Shown piece by piece: positions 1 to 8,957 of a DNA stretch of 35,159 nt. The stretch covers positions 1-35,159 of the IMG/VR virus record IMGVR_UViG_3300038675_000532; one strand, given 5' to 3'. How positions within the stretch are numbered: position 1 is the first letter of the stretch; the number at the start of each line of letters is the position of its first letter. Below the pieces are notes generated by a model. The model did not search any database. It saw only the letters and a list, made by a program, of their open reading frames with translations, and had not been told where the DNA came from. The translations under genes were made by a program, and so were the position numbers. The DNA is from a virus. Its lineage: Duplodnaviria > Caudoviricetes.

Positions 1-75
1 ACGCACAACATCCAAAGATAGTCGATATTTGTGATAGACCTGTATCCGCGGAACACAAATAATGGAGAGCAAAGA

Positions 76-873
76 ATGGAAGACAAGGGATTGAGATTTA
101 ATGAGGGAAAGACGAGGCACGATCTTGTGCCTCCATACGCCCAAGAACAATACGCAAAAGTATTGACAAAGGGATCGGAAAAATATGCCGAAAGAAATTG
201 GGAGAAAGGGATGATGTGGAGTAAGGTTATAGCCTCCAATAAAAGACATCAGTTAGCTATTGAAAGAGGCGAAGATTATGATCCAGAAACGGGGTTATTA
301 CATTCCGCCCACATGATGTGCAACGCCGCTTTTTTGACGGAGTACTATAAAATATATCCACAGGGCGACGATAGGCCGCACAAATACCTTAATATCCCGA
401 AGATAGGATTGGATATTGACGAGGTATTGGCCGATTGGGTCAGACATTGGACTTCTTATTTTGGGCAAAAAATACCTACTTCATGGTATTTCGATAGGAA
501 TATAGGGGATAAGTTTAAAGAGATGTCAGACAACAAAGAATTTTGGCTTTCTATTCCCGCTAAAGTAAAGCCAGAAGATATCCCGTTTGAACCGCATTGT
601 TATATTACCTCTCGTTCTATTCCCGTGGAGTGGACTATAGAATGGTTGGACAATAACGGATTTCCCGCCGTACCGGTATATTCTGTGGGACTTGGAGAAA
701 GCAAGGTCGAGGTGGCCAAAGAAAGCGGCATAGAAATATTTGTTGACGATAGGTTCGATACTTTCGTGGAACTTAACAACGCCGGTATATGTACCTTTTT
801 ATTTGACGCCCCACATAACCAAAGATATAATGTGGGACATAAAAGGATAAAAAGTTTGGGGGAGTTGTTATGA
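76..873 (+). CDS. dATP/dGTP diphosphohydrolase-like (DUF5664-type) domain fused to HAD-family 5'(3')-deoxyribonucleotidase
   Basis: N-term GLRFNEGKTRHDLVP...GSEKYAERNWEKG...RH...GEDYDPETGLLHSAHMMCN; C-term HAD motif I IGLDIDEVLAD and motif IV FVDD. ATG at 76 preferred over GTG at 31. Confidence 0.8.
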   Translation: MEDKGLRFNEGKTRHDLVPPYAQEQYAKVLTKGSEKYAERNWEKGMMWSKVIASNKRHQLAIERGEDYDPETGLLHSAHMMCNAAFLTEYYKIYPQGDDRPHKYLNIPKIGLDIDEVLADWVRHWTSYFGQKIPTSWYFDRNIGDKFKEMSDNKEFWLSIPAKVKPEDIPFEPHCYITSRSIPVEWTIEWLDNNGFPAVPVYSVGLGESKVEVAKESGIEIFVDDRFDTFVELNNAGICTFLFDAPHNQRYNVGHKRIKSLGELL

Positions 874-1325
874 TAATCGAAGAACCGAAACCCAAAACAC
901 GTAAGCGTTCCAATCCCGAACATAAACTGCAAGCGGAGATGGTAAAATGGTACGCGGAAAAGTTTCCGGATAACAGGGGAGCCTTGATAGCCACGTTCCA
1001 AGAAACTCCCGATGCCATCAAAGGAGGAATAATGAAAAGTTTGGGATTAGTTGCTAGTGTGTCGGATTTATTGTATTTTTGCGAAGATCAATTTCCGTAT
1101 ATAATCGGAATAGAGGTAAAGGCGAAAGGAACCTACCATTCCGTGGAGCATTTGAGAAGCCAGGCCAAATGGCTGATACGGTATCCCAAATATGGATGGT
1201 TTTGCGACAATATTGAAAGTTTTGGCAGGATAATAATGTCAAACGGTATGTGGGGCGGGATTGATCCGAGAAAAATACTCGAAAAATTGGAAAACGAAAA
1301 AAGACAGAAGATTTTATGGGAATAA
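870..1325 (+). CDS. VRR-NUC family PD-(D/E)xK nuclease (putative resolvase)
   Basis: EHKLQAEMVKWY...GLVASVSDL...GIEVKAKG...Q pattern; ATGA overlap with upstream gene. Confidence 0.75.
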   Translation: MIIEEPKPKTRKRSNPEHKLQAEMVKWYAEKFPDNRGALIATFQETPDAIKGGIMKSLGLVASVSDLLYFCEDQFPYIIGIEVKAKGTYHSVEHLRSQAKWLIRYPKYGWFCDNIESFGRIIMSNGMWGGIDPRKILEKLENEKRQKILWE

Positions 1326-1915
1326 GCACTATCACGGGAATAAAGTTTCCCCCAAGGCCAAGCAAACCGATATGGACGCTCGGAGAAAAAGAGAAAATGT
1401 TCTTGGATATGACATTGTTCGATTTCGATGAAGCGTGGAAAATATTTCAACTTGTTTTTATGCCCAATGCTACCGCTTATAAATGCAAAACTGAGTGCAA
1501 CAATCTTTTGGGATCTATGGACGCCAAGGATTATCTCACGGAAAGGGTAAGGCAGGTAGATGAGATATTTTTCCCTAAACAGGGAGATGATACAGCGGAG
1601 AAAATACCCGACAATATCAACGAGATAATCCTCAACCAAGCATGGAAAAGGGTAAAAGCGGGAGGATTCAAGGATAGCGAGGAATGGAAGGTATTTTTGA
1701 CCAAAGTAGTGAAGGATATGAACACAGATTCGGTAATGGAACCTCCGAGAAGATATTTGGCGGAGACTTGTTCCGCTTGCAGGTACAAGGTTTTCTGCGA
1801 AGGAGAGGTAGAGGATGAATGTCCTTTATGTAAATACAAAGAATACGCGTTGGAGCATGGATGCGAAGAATACGATCACAAAACACAACTAAATAAAAAG
1901 GAAGATGAAATTTAA
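1316..1915 (+). CDS. Hypothetical phage protein with C-terminal Cys cluster; possible terminase small subunit
   Basis: N-term LGEKEKMFLD...NNLL...DYLTER loosely resembles a TerS helical/HTH region; C-term CSAC...C...CPLC; lies two genes upstream of the portal. Confidence 0.4.
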   Translation: MGISTITGIKFPPRPSKPIWTLGEKEKMFLDMTLFDFDEAWKIFQLVFMPNATAYKCKTECNNLLGSMDAKDYLTERVRQVDEIFFPKQGDDTAEKIPDNINEIILNQAWKRVKAGGFKDSEEWKVFLTKVVKDMNTDSVMEPPRRYLAETCSACRYKVFCEGEVEDECPLCKYKEYALEHGCEEYDHKTQLNKKEDEI

Positions 1916-2285
1916 AGGAAAAGTAACGAATTACTCCGAAAAAAACGGAAACACAAAAAGAGACAACACACCTTACATCGTAAGAAGTTGGAGAATCGAA
2001 GAAGTAGGGCCACAATATCCCAATTCTTTGATGGTAGAGAGCTATAACAAAGAGTTTGGGCGAATAAACGTGGGAGATATCGTCGAAGCCGAGATCAACA
2101 CCAAATGTGACCTATATGAAGGTAAAATGTACAATAAAATTTCGGCATGGAAGATAACCGTTCTTGAGGCGTCAGGTTCGGCTCCGAGTATAGTCGATGA
2201 TCTTGCTTCGGAACAGCAAAAATCATCAGAAAATGATGTATTGAATGGTTCCACGGAAAATATTGAAGAGGATTTGCCATTTTAG
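1905..2285 (+). CDS. DUF3127-like single-stranded DNA-binding protein
   Basis: OB-fold-like N-term (MKFKGKV...YP...VGDIVE...YNKISAWKI) and acidic SSB tail EEDLPF. Confidence 0.8.
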   Translation: MKFKGKVTNYSEKNGNTKRDNTPYIVRSWRIEEVGPQYPNSLMVESYNKEFGRINVGDIVEAEINTKCDLYEGKMYNKISAWKITVLEASGSAPSIVDDLASEQQKSSENDVLNGSTENIEEDLPF

Positions 2286-2317
2286 CAGATAAATAGTGTT
2301 TTTACATTTGTCATTTT

Positions 2318-2346
2318 GGGCGGTATTTCCCGATACCGCCCTTTTT
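2318..2346 (+). terminator. Intrinsic terminator
   Basis: Perfect stem GGGCGGTAT/ATACCGCCC, 6-nt loop, followed by TTTTT. Confidence 0.85.
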
Positions 2347-2417
2347 GTTGATAAATATTGCCTTTTATCTGATTTATTGCAAAAAAATTGGATTATTTTC
2401 GTAAAAATTTAAAATTA

Positions 2418-3899
2418 ATGAAAATAAACGATTTGTTGACCAAGATGCCGTGGGAGCGAAGGCTTCCACCGACCAAGGTAACGCGAAGCGTCACTACATC
2501 GCTAACACCGGCGCCATTGGGATCGGGAGCGCACCGATCCATATATCTCACGCAAGAAGATTTCTTGAACGAACTAAACCCTACCTCCCATCTCATCAAC
2601 TCCTGTGAATATAGATCAAACAGGCCAATGTATAAATGGGTGGAGTCTCAGAAGAAAAACGTGCAGATAGGCTTTGAACCCGTGGAAAGGGTTTCGGTTG
2701 GGATACAGCAAGGGATCAGGCGACACAAAAAAACACACACGTTCGGGAATGAGCTTGAGTTCAGGAATGTGGGGGGCGCTAACGACGGAGAATATTTAAA
2801 AACCATGTTGGCGTATTGGGACATGACCGGCATGAAAGACGCTCTTATGTCTTGGAGTGGGGGATTTTTCGGAACCGGAGATTCGGCTATATATCTTTAC
2901 AGGGACAACAGAAGGATATACTACAAGATATTTTCTTACGAGAACGGCGATCTTATAACGCAAAAGGGCGATAAATTTATCAGATTATTTACTATCATCA
3001 ATAAAAAGGTAGTAGAAATATATGATAAAGAAAGTATAAGTATTTGGGTAGAAGACGCCAACATAAAAGATAAGGAATTTTTATCGTATCTTGATATTGC
3101 AAGTCCCACGTTGACCGAAAAATCCGAAGATGGATGGACAAGGATTAAATCCGAAAAACATGGGTTGAGCAGATGTCCCGTTATTTATCACAGGGAAAAC
3201 GATGTTTGTTGGGGCAACGGACAGGACAGTATAGACAGGTTGGAGAGAATATTATCTGATTTGGGCGAAAACAATAAGTATTATGCTTTCCAGATATTGT
3301 TCTTAACGGGCGGAGTGGTAAACCTTCCCGATACCAAATGGGCGGGCAAAATTATAGGATCCAAGAGCGAAAACGGGAAGGCCGAAATACTCAAACCCGC
3401 CGATGCTTCAAACTCTTTCGAGATAGACCTTGAAAAGAACCTTGAACTGTTATGGGAATCCACGGGAACTACCGTTATCAATATCGAAGACCTTAAAGGT
3501 GGCGACCAATCAGGAGCCTATATCGTCAACCTTTATTTTAGGTCGGTACAATGGTCAACCGAAAAACTCGCGGAACTAAGGCCCGATATAAACAAAGTTG
3601 TGGAGGTTTATAAAGAGTTGGTCGGATTGATCGAAAGCCATATAACGGAATATACCAACATGAAAGTGGCGTGGTCATTGACTCCGTTCGTACCGCACAA
3701 CAAAATGGAAGAGGTGATGATGATAACGCAACAGGTAGCGGCGGGAATAATGTCCAAAGAAACGGGAGCCGAAATTTCTCCGGATACGAGCGTGGACGAA
3801 TACGCCAGATTACAAAAAGAAGCGGAAGAAGCGGCCAAAAAAGAAAAAACAACTACAACTACAGACCTTAACATAGACAACAATTTAAAACAATTTTGA
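2418..3899 (+). CDS. Phage portal protein (SPP1 gp6-like)
   Basis: ~493 aa; KHGLSRCPVIYHRE...GNGQDSIDRLERILSD, SGAYI, W...P.N..E...MSKETGAE motifs typical of SPP1-type portals. ATG 2418 preferred over TTG 2388. Confidence 0.85.
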   Translation: MKINDLLTKMPWERRLPPTKVTRSVTTSLTPAPLGSGAHRSIYLTQEDFLNELNPTSHLINSCEYRSNRPMYKWVESQKKNVQIGFEPVERVSVGIQQGIRRHKKTHTFGNELEFRNVGGANDGEYLKTMLAYWDMTGMKDALMSWSGGFFGTGDSAIYLYRDNRRIYYKIFSYENGDLITQKGDKFIRLFTIINKKVVEIYDKESISIWVEDANIKDKEFLSYLDIASPTLTEKSEDGWTRIKSEKHGLSRCPVIYHRENDVCWGNGQDSIDRLERILSDLGENNKYYAFQILFLTGGVVNLPDTKWAGKIIGSKSENGKAEILKPADASNSFEIDLEKNLELLWESTGTTVINIEDLKGGDQSGAYIVNLYFRSVQWSTEKLAELRPDINKVVEVYKELVGLIESHITEYTNMKVAWSLTPFVPHNKMEEVMMITQQVAAGIMSKETGAEISPDTSVDEYARLQKEAEEAAKKEKTTTTTDLNIDNNLKQF

Positions 3900-4213
3900 G
3901 CGATGCCTGTGAATTTACTACGGTAGCCGTGGCGCAACTTGATGCTCCTACTAATTTAGCTTCTTCCGATGAAACGGCTACTACCGCTACCGCTACTTGG
4001 GACGCCGTGGATAATGTGGACCATTACCTGTATTCTTTGGATGATGGCTCTACATGGGAGGCTACCGAATTATTGACCAATTCCGTGGATCTTGAGAGTT
4101 TGACACCGGAAACGGCTTACAGCTTTAAAGTAAAGGCTATGGCGGACGATAGCGGCAACTATTCAGACTCTGATCCGAGCGCGACATTGACCATTACCAC
4201 TTTAGCATCATAA
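3896..4213 (+). CDS. Fibronectin type III (Ig-like) domain protein; TTG start or -1 frameshift extension of the portal
   Basis: LDAPTNL...ATWDAV...Y.YSLD...LTPETAYSFKVKA FN3 signature; no ATG near the 5' end. Confidence 0.8.
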   Translation: MSDACEFTTVAVAQLDAPTNLASSDETATTATATWDAVDNVDHYLYSLDDGSTWEATELLTNSVDLESLTPETAYSFKVKAMADDSGNYSDSDPSATLTITTLAS

Positions 4214-4238
4214 CAACACCTCTTTTTTCCATTTTTTT

Positions 4239-4275
4239 GAAGTCCTCGTTAAAATTTAACGGGGATTTCTTTTTT
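4239..4275 (+). terminator. Intrinsic terminator
   Basis: GAAGTCCTCGTTAA/TTAACGGGGATTTC stem (two G-U pairs) followed by a T-run. Confidence 0.8.
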
Positions 4276-4300
4276 GTTTCAAAAAAAACATTTACCTTTG
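4273..4300 (+). promoter_or_regulatory. Bacteroidota sigma-70-type promoter
   Basis: -7 element TACCTTTG (4293-4300) and upstream TTTG (4273-4276; spacing somewhat short), just after a terminator and 19 nt before ATG 4320. Confidence 0.6.
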
Positions 4301-4319
4301 CGGTGTTAAAAATTAAATT

Positions 4320-4553
4320 ATGGAAACAAGGGATGTTGTAAAATTTATGTACGCCCAAGGATATTATCCTAATTGGGATAACGGATTGATATTAAGGGCA
4401 AAGACAATTAATGAACTTTATTTAGGGTATCTTATTTTCACGCAAAAAGATCCTCTTTGTTTCTTTCCTCGGTTAAGGTTCAGAAAAATACTGAAAGACT
4501 TGGGATACTCAAGGGTTGGTTATGTCGATAGTTTTTACGTTTACACAAAATAA
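4320..4553 (+). CDS. Hypothetical protein (possible small winged-helix)
   Basis: 77-aa ORF with AT-rich leader; ELY..Y..F...F.K.L..LG pattern recalls C-terminal wHTH of D5/P4 primases. Confidence 0.55.
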   Translation: METRDVVKFMYAQGYYPNWDNGLILRAKTINELYLGYLIFTQKDPLCFFPRLRFRKILKDLGYSRVGYVDSFYVYTK

Positions 4554-4554
4554 A

Positions 4555-4926
4555 ATGAAGAAAAAAGAAAAATTCACATGGGAAAAAGAGTTAGGTGGCC
4601 TCAAATTGAGGATAACCGAGACAAAGGCCGAGATAGAGACATTGGCCAAGGACATAAAATGGACTTTTTTGATCGGAACAAAACCGTATCTGTACCTGCG
4701 AAACTTTTACGAAGGTGCGGATTGGGATATTTTGTTGCTATTATCAAGAAGTTTGTACGGAACATTGTTGATATTCTCGGATCAAGAGTTCATGATGGAT
4801 TTGAACTCTGTTATAATAAAATCCGTGGAGAGGATAGAAAACACGGCTGTTCCTGATTTGACGGAAGAAGAAGAGAAAGAAATTTTAAACCAAGAGAAGA
4901 TACTATGCGAAACACAGAAGAGTTAG
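4555..4926 (+). CDS. Hypothetical phage protein
   Basis: ATG 1 nt after the upstream stop; operon-packed. Confidence 0.65.
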   Translation: MKKKEKFTWEKELGGLKLRITETKAEIETLAKDIKWTFLIGTKPYLYLRNFYEGADWDILLLLSRSLYGTLLIFSDQEFMMDLNSVIIKSVERIENTAVPDLTEEEEKEILNQEKILCETQKS

Positions 4927-5126
4927 ATTTGAGCAACGTGCCTCGAATAACAAACCAACAGCACAACGTCATTTTGGATCTTATCCATAGGGGAGTGTTG
5001 GTGACTTACGAACAGGCTTCTACCATTACCGGCAGGAGCGCTACATGGATAGCGAGCAAATATTCCGACGACTATCTTAATAAATACAAAATAGGAAAAC
5101 TTAATCTTTGCGCTTTTAAAGACTAA
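4905..5126 (+). CDS. Small HTH DNA-binding protein (excisionase-like)
   Basis: LVTYEQASTITGRSATWI helix-turn-helix pattern. Confidence 0.5.
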   Translation: MRNTEELDLSNVPRITNQQHNVILDLIHRGVLVTYEQASTITGRSATWIASKYSDDYLNKYKIGKLNLCAFKD

Positions 5127-5130
5127 AAAA

Positions 5131-5634
5131 ATGGACGAAAAAACACATTGGAAAAAAATGAAGGACACCCACTTTATGGGTGAATGGTCTTTGCCTTTCG
5201 GTAGGGACGTGGTTCTTACCATGAAAACGGTTCACAAGGACGAGGCTTTTAATATGCAGAAACAGGCCAAAGAAAACGTCGTGGTGATAGATTTTTATGA
5301 GGGTTATGATTGGGTAAAACCTTTTATAGCCAACAATACCAACCTTAAAGCCATACAGACCTGCACCGGTTCAAAATTCGTCGAGGATTGGGACGGCAAG
5401 AAGATAAAGATAGGTATTTCTCCAGTGAAGGCTTTTGGAACCGTTACCGATGCTCTCAGGGTTCGGAATGTGACCTCAGAAGAGCTTAAAACAAAGTACG
5501 CCGCCATGCAGTCGGATATAGATGCCGCCAAAACCCAGGACGCTCTGAGAAAGGTGCTGGTAGAGAAATACCTTGAGTTCTCTCCTTTCGATGAAGCTAC
5601 CAAGAAAAAAATCAACGAGAAATGGCCGAAATAA
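5131..5634 (+). CDS. Phage recombination-associated protein (putative OB-fold ssDNA-binding/annealing partner of YqaJ exonuclease)
   Basis: THWKK...KPFIANNTN.KAI...GS.FVEDW.GK.I...AFG...DALRVR family pattern; overlaps the exonuclease start. Confidence 0.6.
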   Translation: MDEKTHWKKMKDTHFMGEWSLPFGRDVVLTMKTVHKDEAFNMQKQAKENVVVIDFYEGYDWVKPFIANNTNLKAIQTCTGSKFVEDWDGKKIKIGISPVKAFGTVTDALRVRNVTSEELKTKYAAMQSDIDAAKTQDALRKVLVEKYLEFSPFDEATKKKINEKWPK

Positions 5635-6401
5635 ACCTTGATTTTCCTGAAATAAACCAAACTACTCCCGCCGAAAAAGAACGGGAGTGGTTGAAATCCA
5701 AGATAGGATATTTCTCCGCTTCCGATCTTCATAGGCTCATGACAAACGGAACCAAAGGCAGGGAATGGGGTGATACGGCGATAACCTACCTTTATTCCGT
5801 AGAAAGACAAAGATGGATAAACAAACCGCCAAACGAGGTTTCGGCCGCGCCTATGCGATGGGGAAACGAACAAGAAGCCTACGCCGTGGAATGGTTGAGA
5901 GCGAACAACGATACCGGACTCGACATAAGGCATTATGAGAGCGATTTTGATTATAAGCCGTTCATAAAGGTTGATTGGGCGAGGTTCGGCGTTTCTCCGG
6001 ATGCCGATTATTTTGATCCCAAAAAGCAACAAATAAAGGGAATTATAGAAATAAAATCTGTTTGGGGCGAAAAGGACACCTCAATGTTCTTTTCTCCGTC
6101 AAGACCTTACGAAAAGAAGCGTTCTGACGGATTTATCATGCACAAAGAGCAATTAGCGGGGTTAATGTTGGCTTTCCCGTACATTAACGACATATTTTTG
6201 GTTAAATACGACGGACAAACCGATAGCGAGTTCGATATTAGAAGCGTTACCGATCCGGATAGGGGAATAATATTCCATTTTTCAAGGGAGGAGTTCGGAA
6301 CGTATCTTGACGAAGTGAAAGAAAGGATAATCAAGGCCGACAAATATTTGGATTTGGGGTATGATTTGGAGTTTATAAACGATTATTATAGTAAAAAATG
6401 A
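5622..6401 (+). CDS. YqaJ/lambda-exonuclease family nuclease
   Basis: W...KIG.FSAS, MRWGNEQE, GVSPD, IEIKS motifs. Confidence 0.85.
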   Translation: MAEINLDFPEINQTTPAEKEREWLKSKIGYFSASDLHRLMTNGTKGREWGDTAITYLYSVERQRWINKPPNEVSAAPMRWGNEQEAYAVEWLRANNDTGLDIRHYESDFDYKPFIKVDWARFGVSPDADYFDPKKQQIKGIIEIKSVWGEKDTSMFFSPSRPYEKKRSDGFIMHKEQLAGLMLAFPYINDIFLVKYDGQTDSEFDIRSVTDPDRGIIFHFSREEFGTYLDEVKERIIKADKYLDLGYDLEFINDYYSKK

Positions 6402-6402
6402 T

Positions 6403-6410
6403 TATCTTTG
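6403..6410 (+). promoter_or_regulatory. Bacteroidota -7 promoter element (likely leaderless transcript)
   Basis: TATCTTTG followed by 4 nt and then ATG 6415. Confidence 0.5.
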
Positions 6411-6414
6411 CACC

Positions 6415-6669
6415 ATGAAAGATCGCAGGGAGCTGATAGAATTTGTTTTGTCCGAAGTAGAAAAAGGAGAAAAAGTTTACAAGGTTTGTAAAGATTTGGG
6501 CGTTGATAGCCAATATTTTTATGAAAACCTTACCGAAAAAGACAAGATTATCCTCAAAGATTATCGCGTCAAAAACAGCAAACTTTCTACCAAAGGATAC
6601 AGTATTTACTACAAGGATATAGATGAATACTATCGGCTCGGAGCGTTGGGCAATGAAGATTGTATATAA
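6415..6669 (+). CDS. Small HTH protein
   Basis: VLSEVEKGEKVYKVCKDLGVDSQYFYE resembles an HTH such as the Sf6-type TerS N-terminus. Confidence 0.55.
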   Translation: MKDRRELIEFVLSEVEKGEKVYKVCKDLGVDSQYFYENLTEKDKIILKDYRVKNSKLSTKGYSIYYKDIDEYYRLGALGNEDCI

Positions 6670-6688
6670 ATTTTTAAAAAAAAATTAG

Positions 6689-8401
6689 ATGGAGACACCA
6701 CAAAAGCAAGTTTATCTCATAGGGATAAAAACATCGGGACACAACATTTTACAGGCTTGCGAACTCACTCCCGACCTGTTAAAAAAGAGATTGGTATTGT
6801 TTACGGGCAATACAGGGCAAGGAAAAAGCACTTTATTGGACATCTGTAAGGCTTCTGTGGCGGGCAATGACGCCATAAAGAAAAAAGATATTCTCCCAAA
6901 AGGATTTTTGGCTGAATCCCAACTTATAGATGGAGATATAAAACTGTACGCCGGAGTGTCGGTTGAAGAGTATTCCCGCGGAGAAAGGAAAGGAGATCCT
7001 AAATATGAGGTATTTCTTTACGCCAAGGATAATAACGGAAAACAATATGTTCCGATAATAGACGGAGTGGCGGCAACCGCATCCCAATATATGTCGATGC
7101 TTACTACGGAACTTACGTTTTCCCTTCCAGATTTGTTCTCAGAAAACCAAACGACACACAGAAAACTTATCGAAAGACTATTTAAGCCCGAACTCGATAA
7201 ACTCGGCGCGGAAGCGGTTATGGCCAAAATATTGGAAGCCAAAACAAAAAGGGATTCAGCTAGAGCGTTATGTCAGGGAAACGGAGCCTATATGGAACAG
7301 TTCGATGCCGAAGGTTACAAGGAAGCGCAGTTGTCTATGCTCAAAAAAATAGATATTTCCGCCATAGACGAAGAAATAACGCAATTAAGGATAGAAAAAG
7401 ATAGATTGACTAATGCTCCAGATAGCGCATGGAAATTGGAATGTTCAAAATTGGATCAGGAAAAAACAGCTAAACTCCAAGAAGTAAAAGACAAGGAGTT
7501 GGAGATCAAAGAAGCTATAAGGTTGGATAACGACAAAAGACAACAACTTTATGATTTAGCCTTGGATGCATGGGAAAACGAACAGGCATTTTTAAGCAGT
7601 CTATCGGATGATTACGAAAAATTATTGGAATCTTGCAAGGAATTTTTGGGCGAAGATAATATGGATACCATAAAACCTTTATTGGATTCTCGTATGGCAT
7701 ATTATAAAGAAGTTTATAGTAAACCGAAACCCGAATCTCCAGTACCAGATCCAGAATTGGCAAAAAAACTTCAAAACAGTTACGATGCTTATAATGTTCT
7801 GCAAAACACTCCCATAAAATATCCCGAAAAACAGGTAGTGGATACTTCTGAATTTGATAAAAAAATAGAAGAACTATCAAATAAGAAATTTGGGGCGGAT
7901 AAAAACAATAACCTTTATAACCGTTACCAATTATGGTTATCTTGGATAGAGGCAAAAGGCTTGTATGAAAAAGAAATGGATGTTTTGAGAAAAATGTACG
8001 CTTCTATTGATTGCGGGGTAAAAGGTATGAACATAGTTCCCAAAGAAACCGATTCGGGAAGGGTAGATGTTTGGATAATGTACGATGGCAGTTACGATCC
8101 CTCTTATTTCGCCAATACAAAAAAAGAGCAAAGGTTTATGTTCGAGTACAGTTCCTTCCAAAGAACCATAATTGGATTGATGCTGCAGGCGGCCAGATTG
8201 GATCTTAAACCCAAGGCATTAAGATTGGCTTTTGTCGATGATGTGGCCTTCACAACAAGAGATATTTCGGTTCTTTCCGATGTAGCCGAAAAATTGGACT
8301 TAAAGCTTATTACCGCATGGACGCATGAAGCGGATAAAGAAGAATTATTGGATGGACAGGTATTGATAGAAGGAGGAGAGGTATTTTTCGATGGAGAATA
8401 A
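6689..8401 (+). CDS. SMC/Rad50(SbcC)-like ABC ATPase with coiled coil
   Basis: Walker A GNTGQGKS, long coiled coil, degenerate signature YSSFQ, Walker B LAFVDD. Confidence 0.8.
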   Translation: METPQKQVYLIGIKTSGHNILQACELTPDLLKKRLVLFTGNTGQGKSTLLDICKASVAGNDAIKKKDILPKGFLAESQLIDGDIKLYAGVSVEEYSRGERKGDPKYEVFLYAKDNNGKQYVPIIDGVAATASQYMSMLTTELTFSLPDLFSENQTTHRKLIERLFKPELDKLGAEAVMAKILEAKTKRDSARALCQGNGAYMEQFDAEGYKEAQLSMLKKIDISAIDEEITQLRIEKDRLTNAPDSAWKLECSKLDQEKTAKLQEVKDKELEIKEAIRLDNDKRQQLYDLALDAWENEQAFLSSLSDDYEKLLESCKEFLGEDNMDTIKPLLDSRMAYYKEVYSKPKPESPVPDPELAKKLQNSYDAYNVLQNTPIKYPEKQVVDTSEFDKKIEELSNKKFGADKNNNLYNRYQLWLSWIEAKGLYEKEMDVLRKMYASIDCGVKGMNIVPKETDSGRVDVWIMYDGSYDPSYFANTKKEQRFMFEYSSFQRTIIGLMLQAARLDLKPKALRLAFVDDVAFTTRDISVLSDVAEKLDLKLITAWTHEADKEELLDGQVLIEGGEVFFDGE

Positions 8402-8957
8402 CAACAATATGCCCATAGTCAACGATTTAAGTAAACTATGTGAATATATGTACCGGAAAGGAGTGTATGACGCTGCCATGCACTCCATTCCCAATGATGT
8501 GAAGGATTGCGCGGATAGGGATGATGGATTCACCACTTATAGGTTCTTGACCGATTATTTGGGGCATGAAATAAAATACCGCCAATACAAGGACACGTTG
8601 CAGGTATTTTGTAACGCCGTCAATGCTGACCATCTTAGGAACTTTTTGGCTTATGCTCAATCCCACGAATACCTTAAAAGGGGTATTTGTACCGTATGTG
8701 ACGCTGTTTATAGGGATGGTCTTAGGGATGGGCTGTATGTGAGTATAGAACAGGCCACGGATTTTATGGACAGGATAAAAAGAGGAGGCAATCATGAGCG
8801 TATAGATAGGCCTAAACTGAAACAATCTTTTTGGATAGATACCATAAAATATAAGGCCAATAATATTTATTACATACATTTGGCCAACGAAAAACCCTCG
8901 TCTATGGATAAATTGGCCAATTTCATCGCAAAAGCTATAATGGAAAATGGAAAGTGA
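8391..8957 (+). CDS. Hypothetical phage protein
   Basis: 188-aa ORF overlapping both neighbours. Confidence 0.7.
   Translation: MENNNNMPIVNDLSKLCEYMYRKGVYDAAMHSIPNDVKDCADRDDGFTTYRFLTDYLGHEIKYRQYKDTLQVFCNAVNADHLRNFLAYAQSHEYLKRGICTVCDAVYRDGLRDGLYVSIEQATDFMDRIKRGGNHERIDRPKLKQSFWIDTIKYKANNIYYIHLANEKPSSMDKLANFIAKAIMENGK

Noticed and set aside
2303-2310. TACATTTG perfect -7 consensus
   Set aside because: Lies immediately upstream of a strong terminator; TATTTTCG at 2394-2401 is better placed for the portal, but neither is firmly supported.
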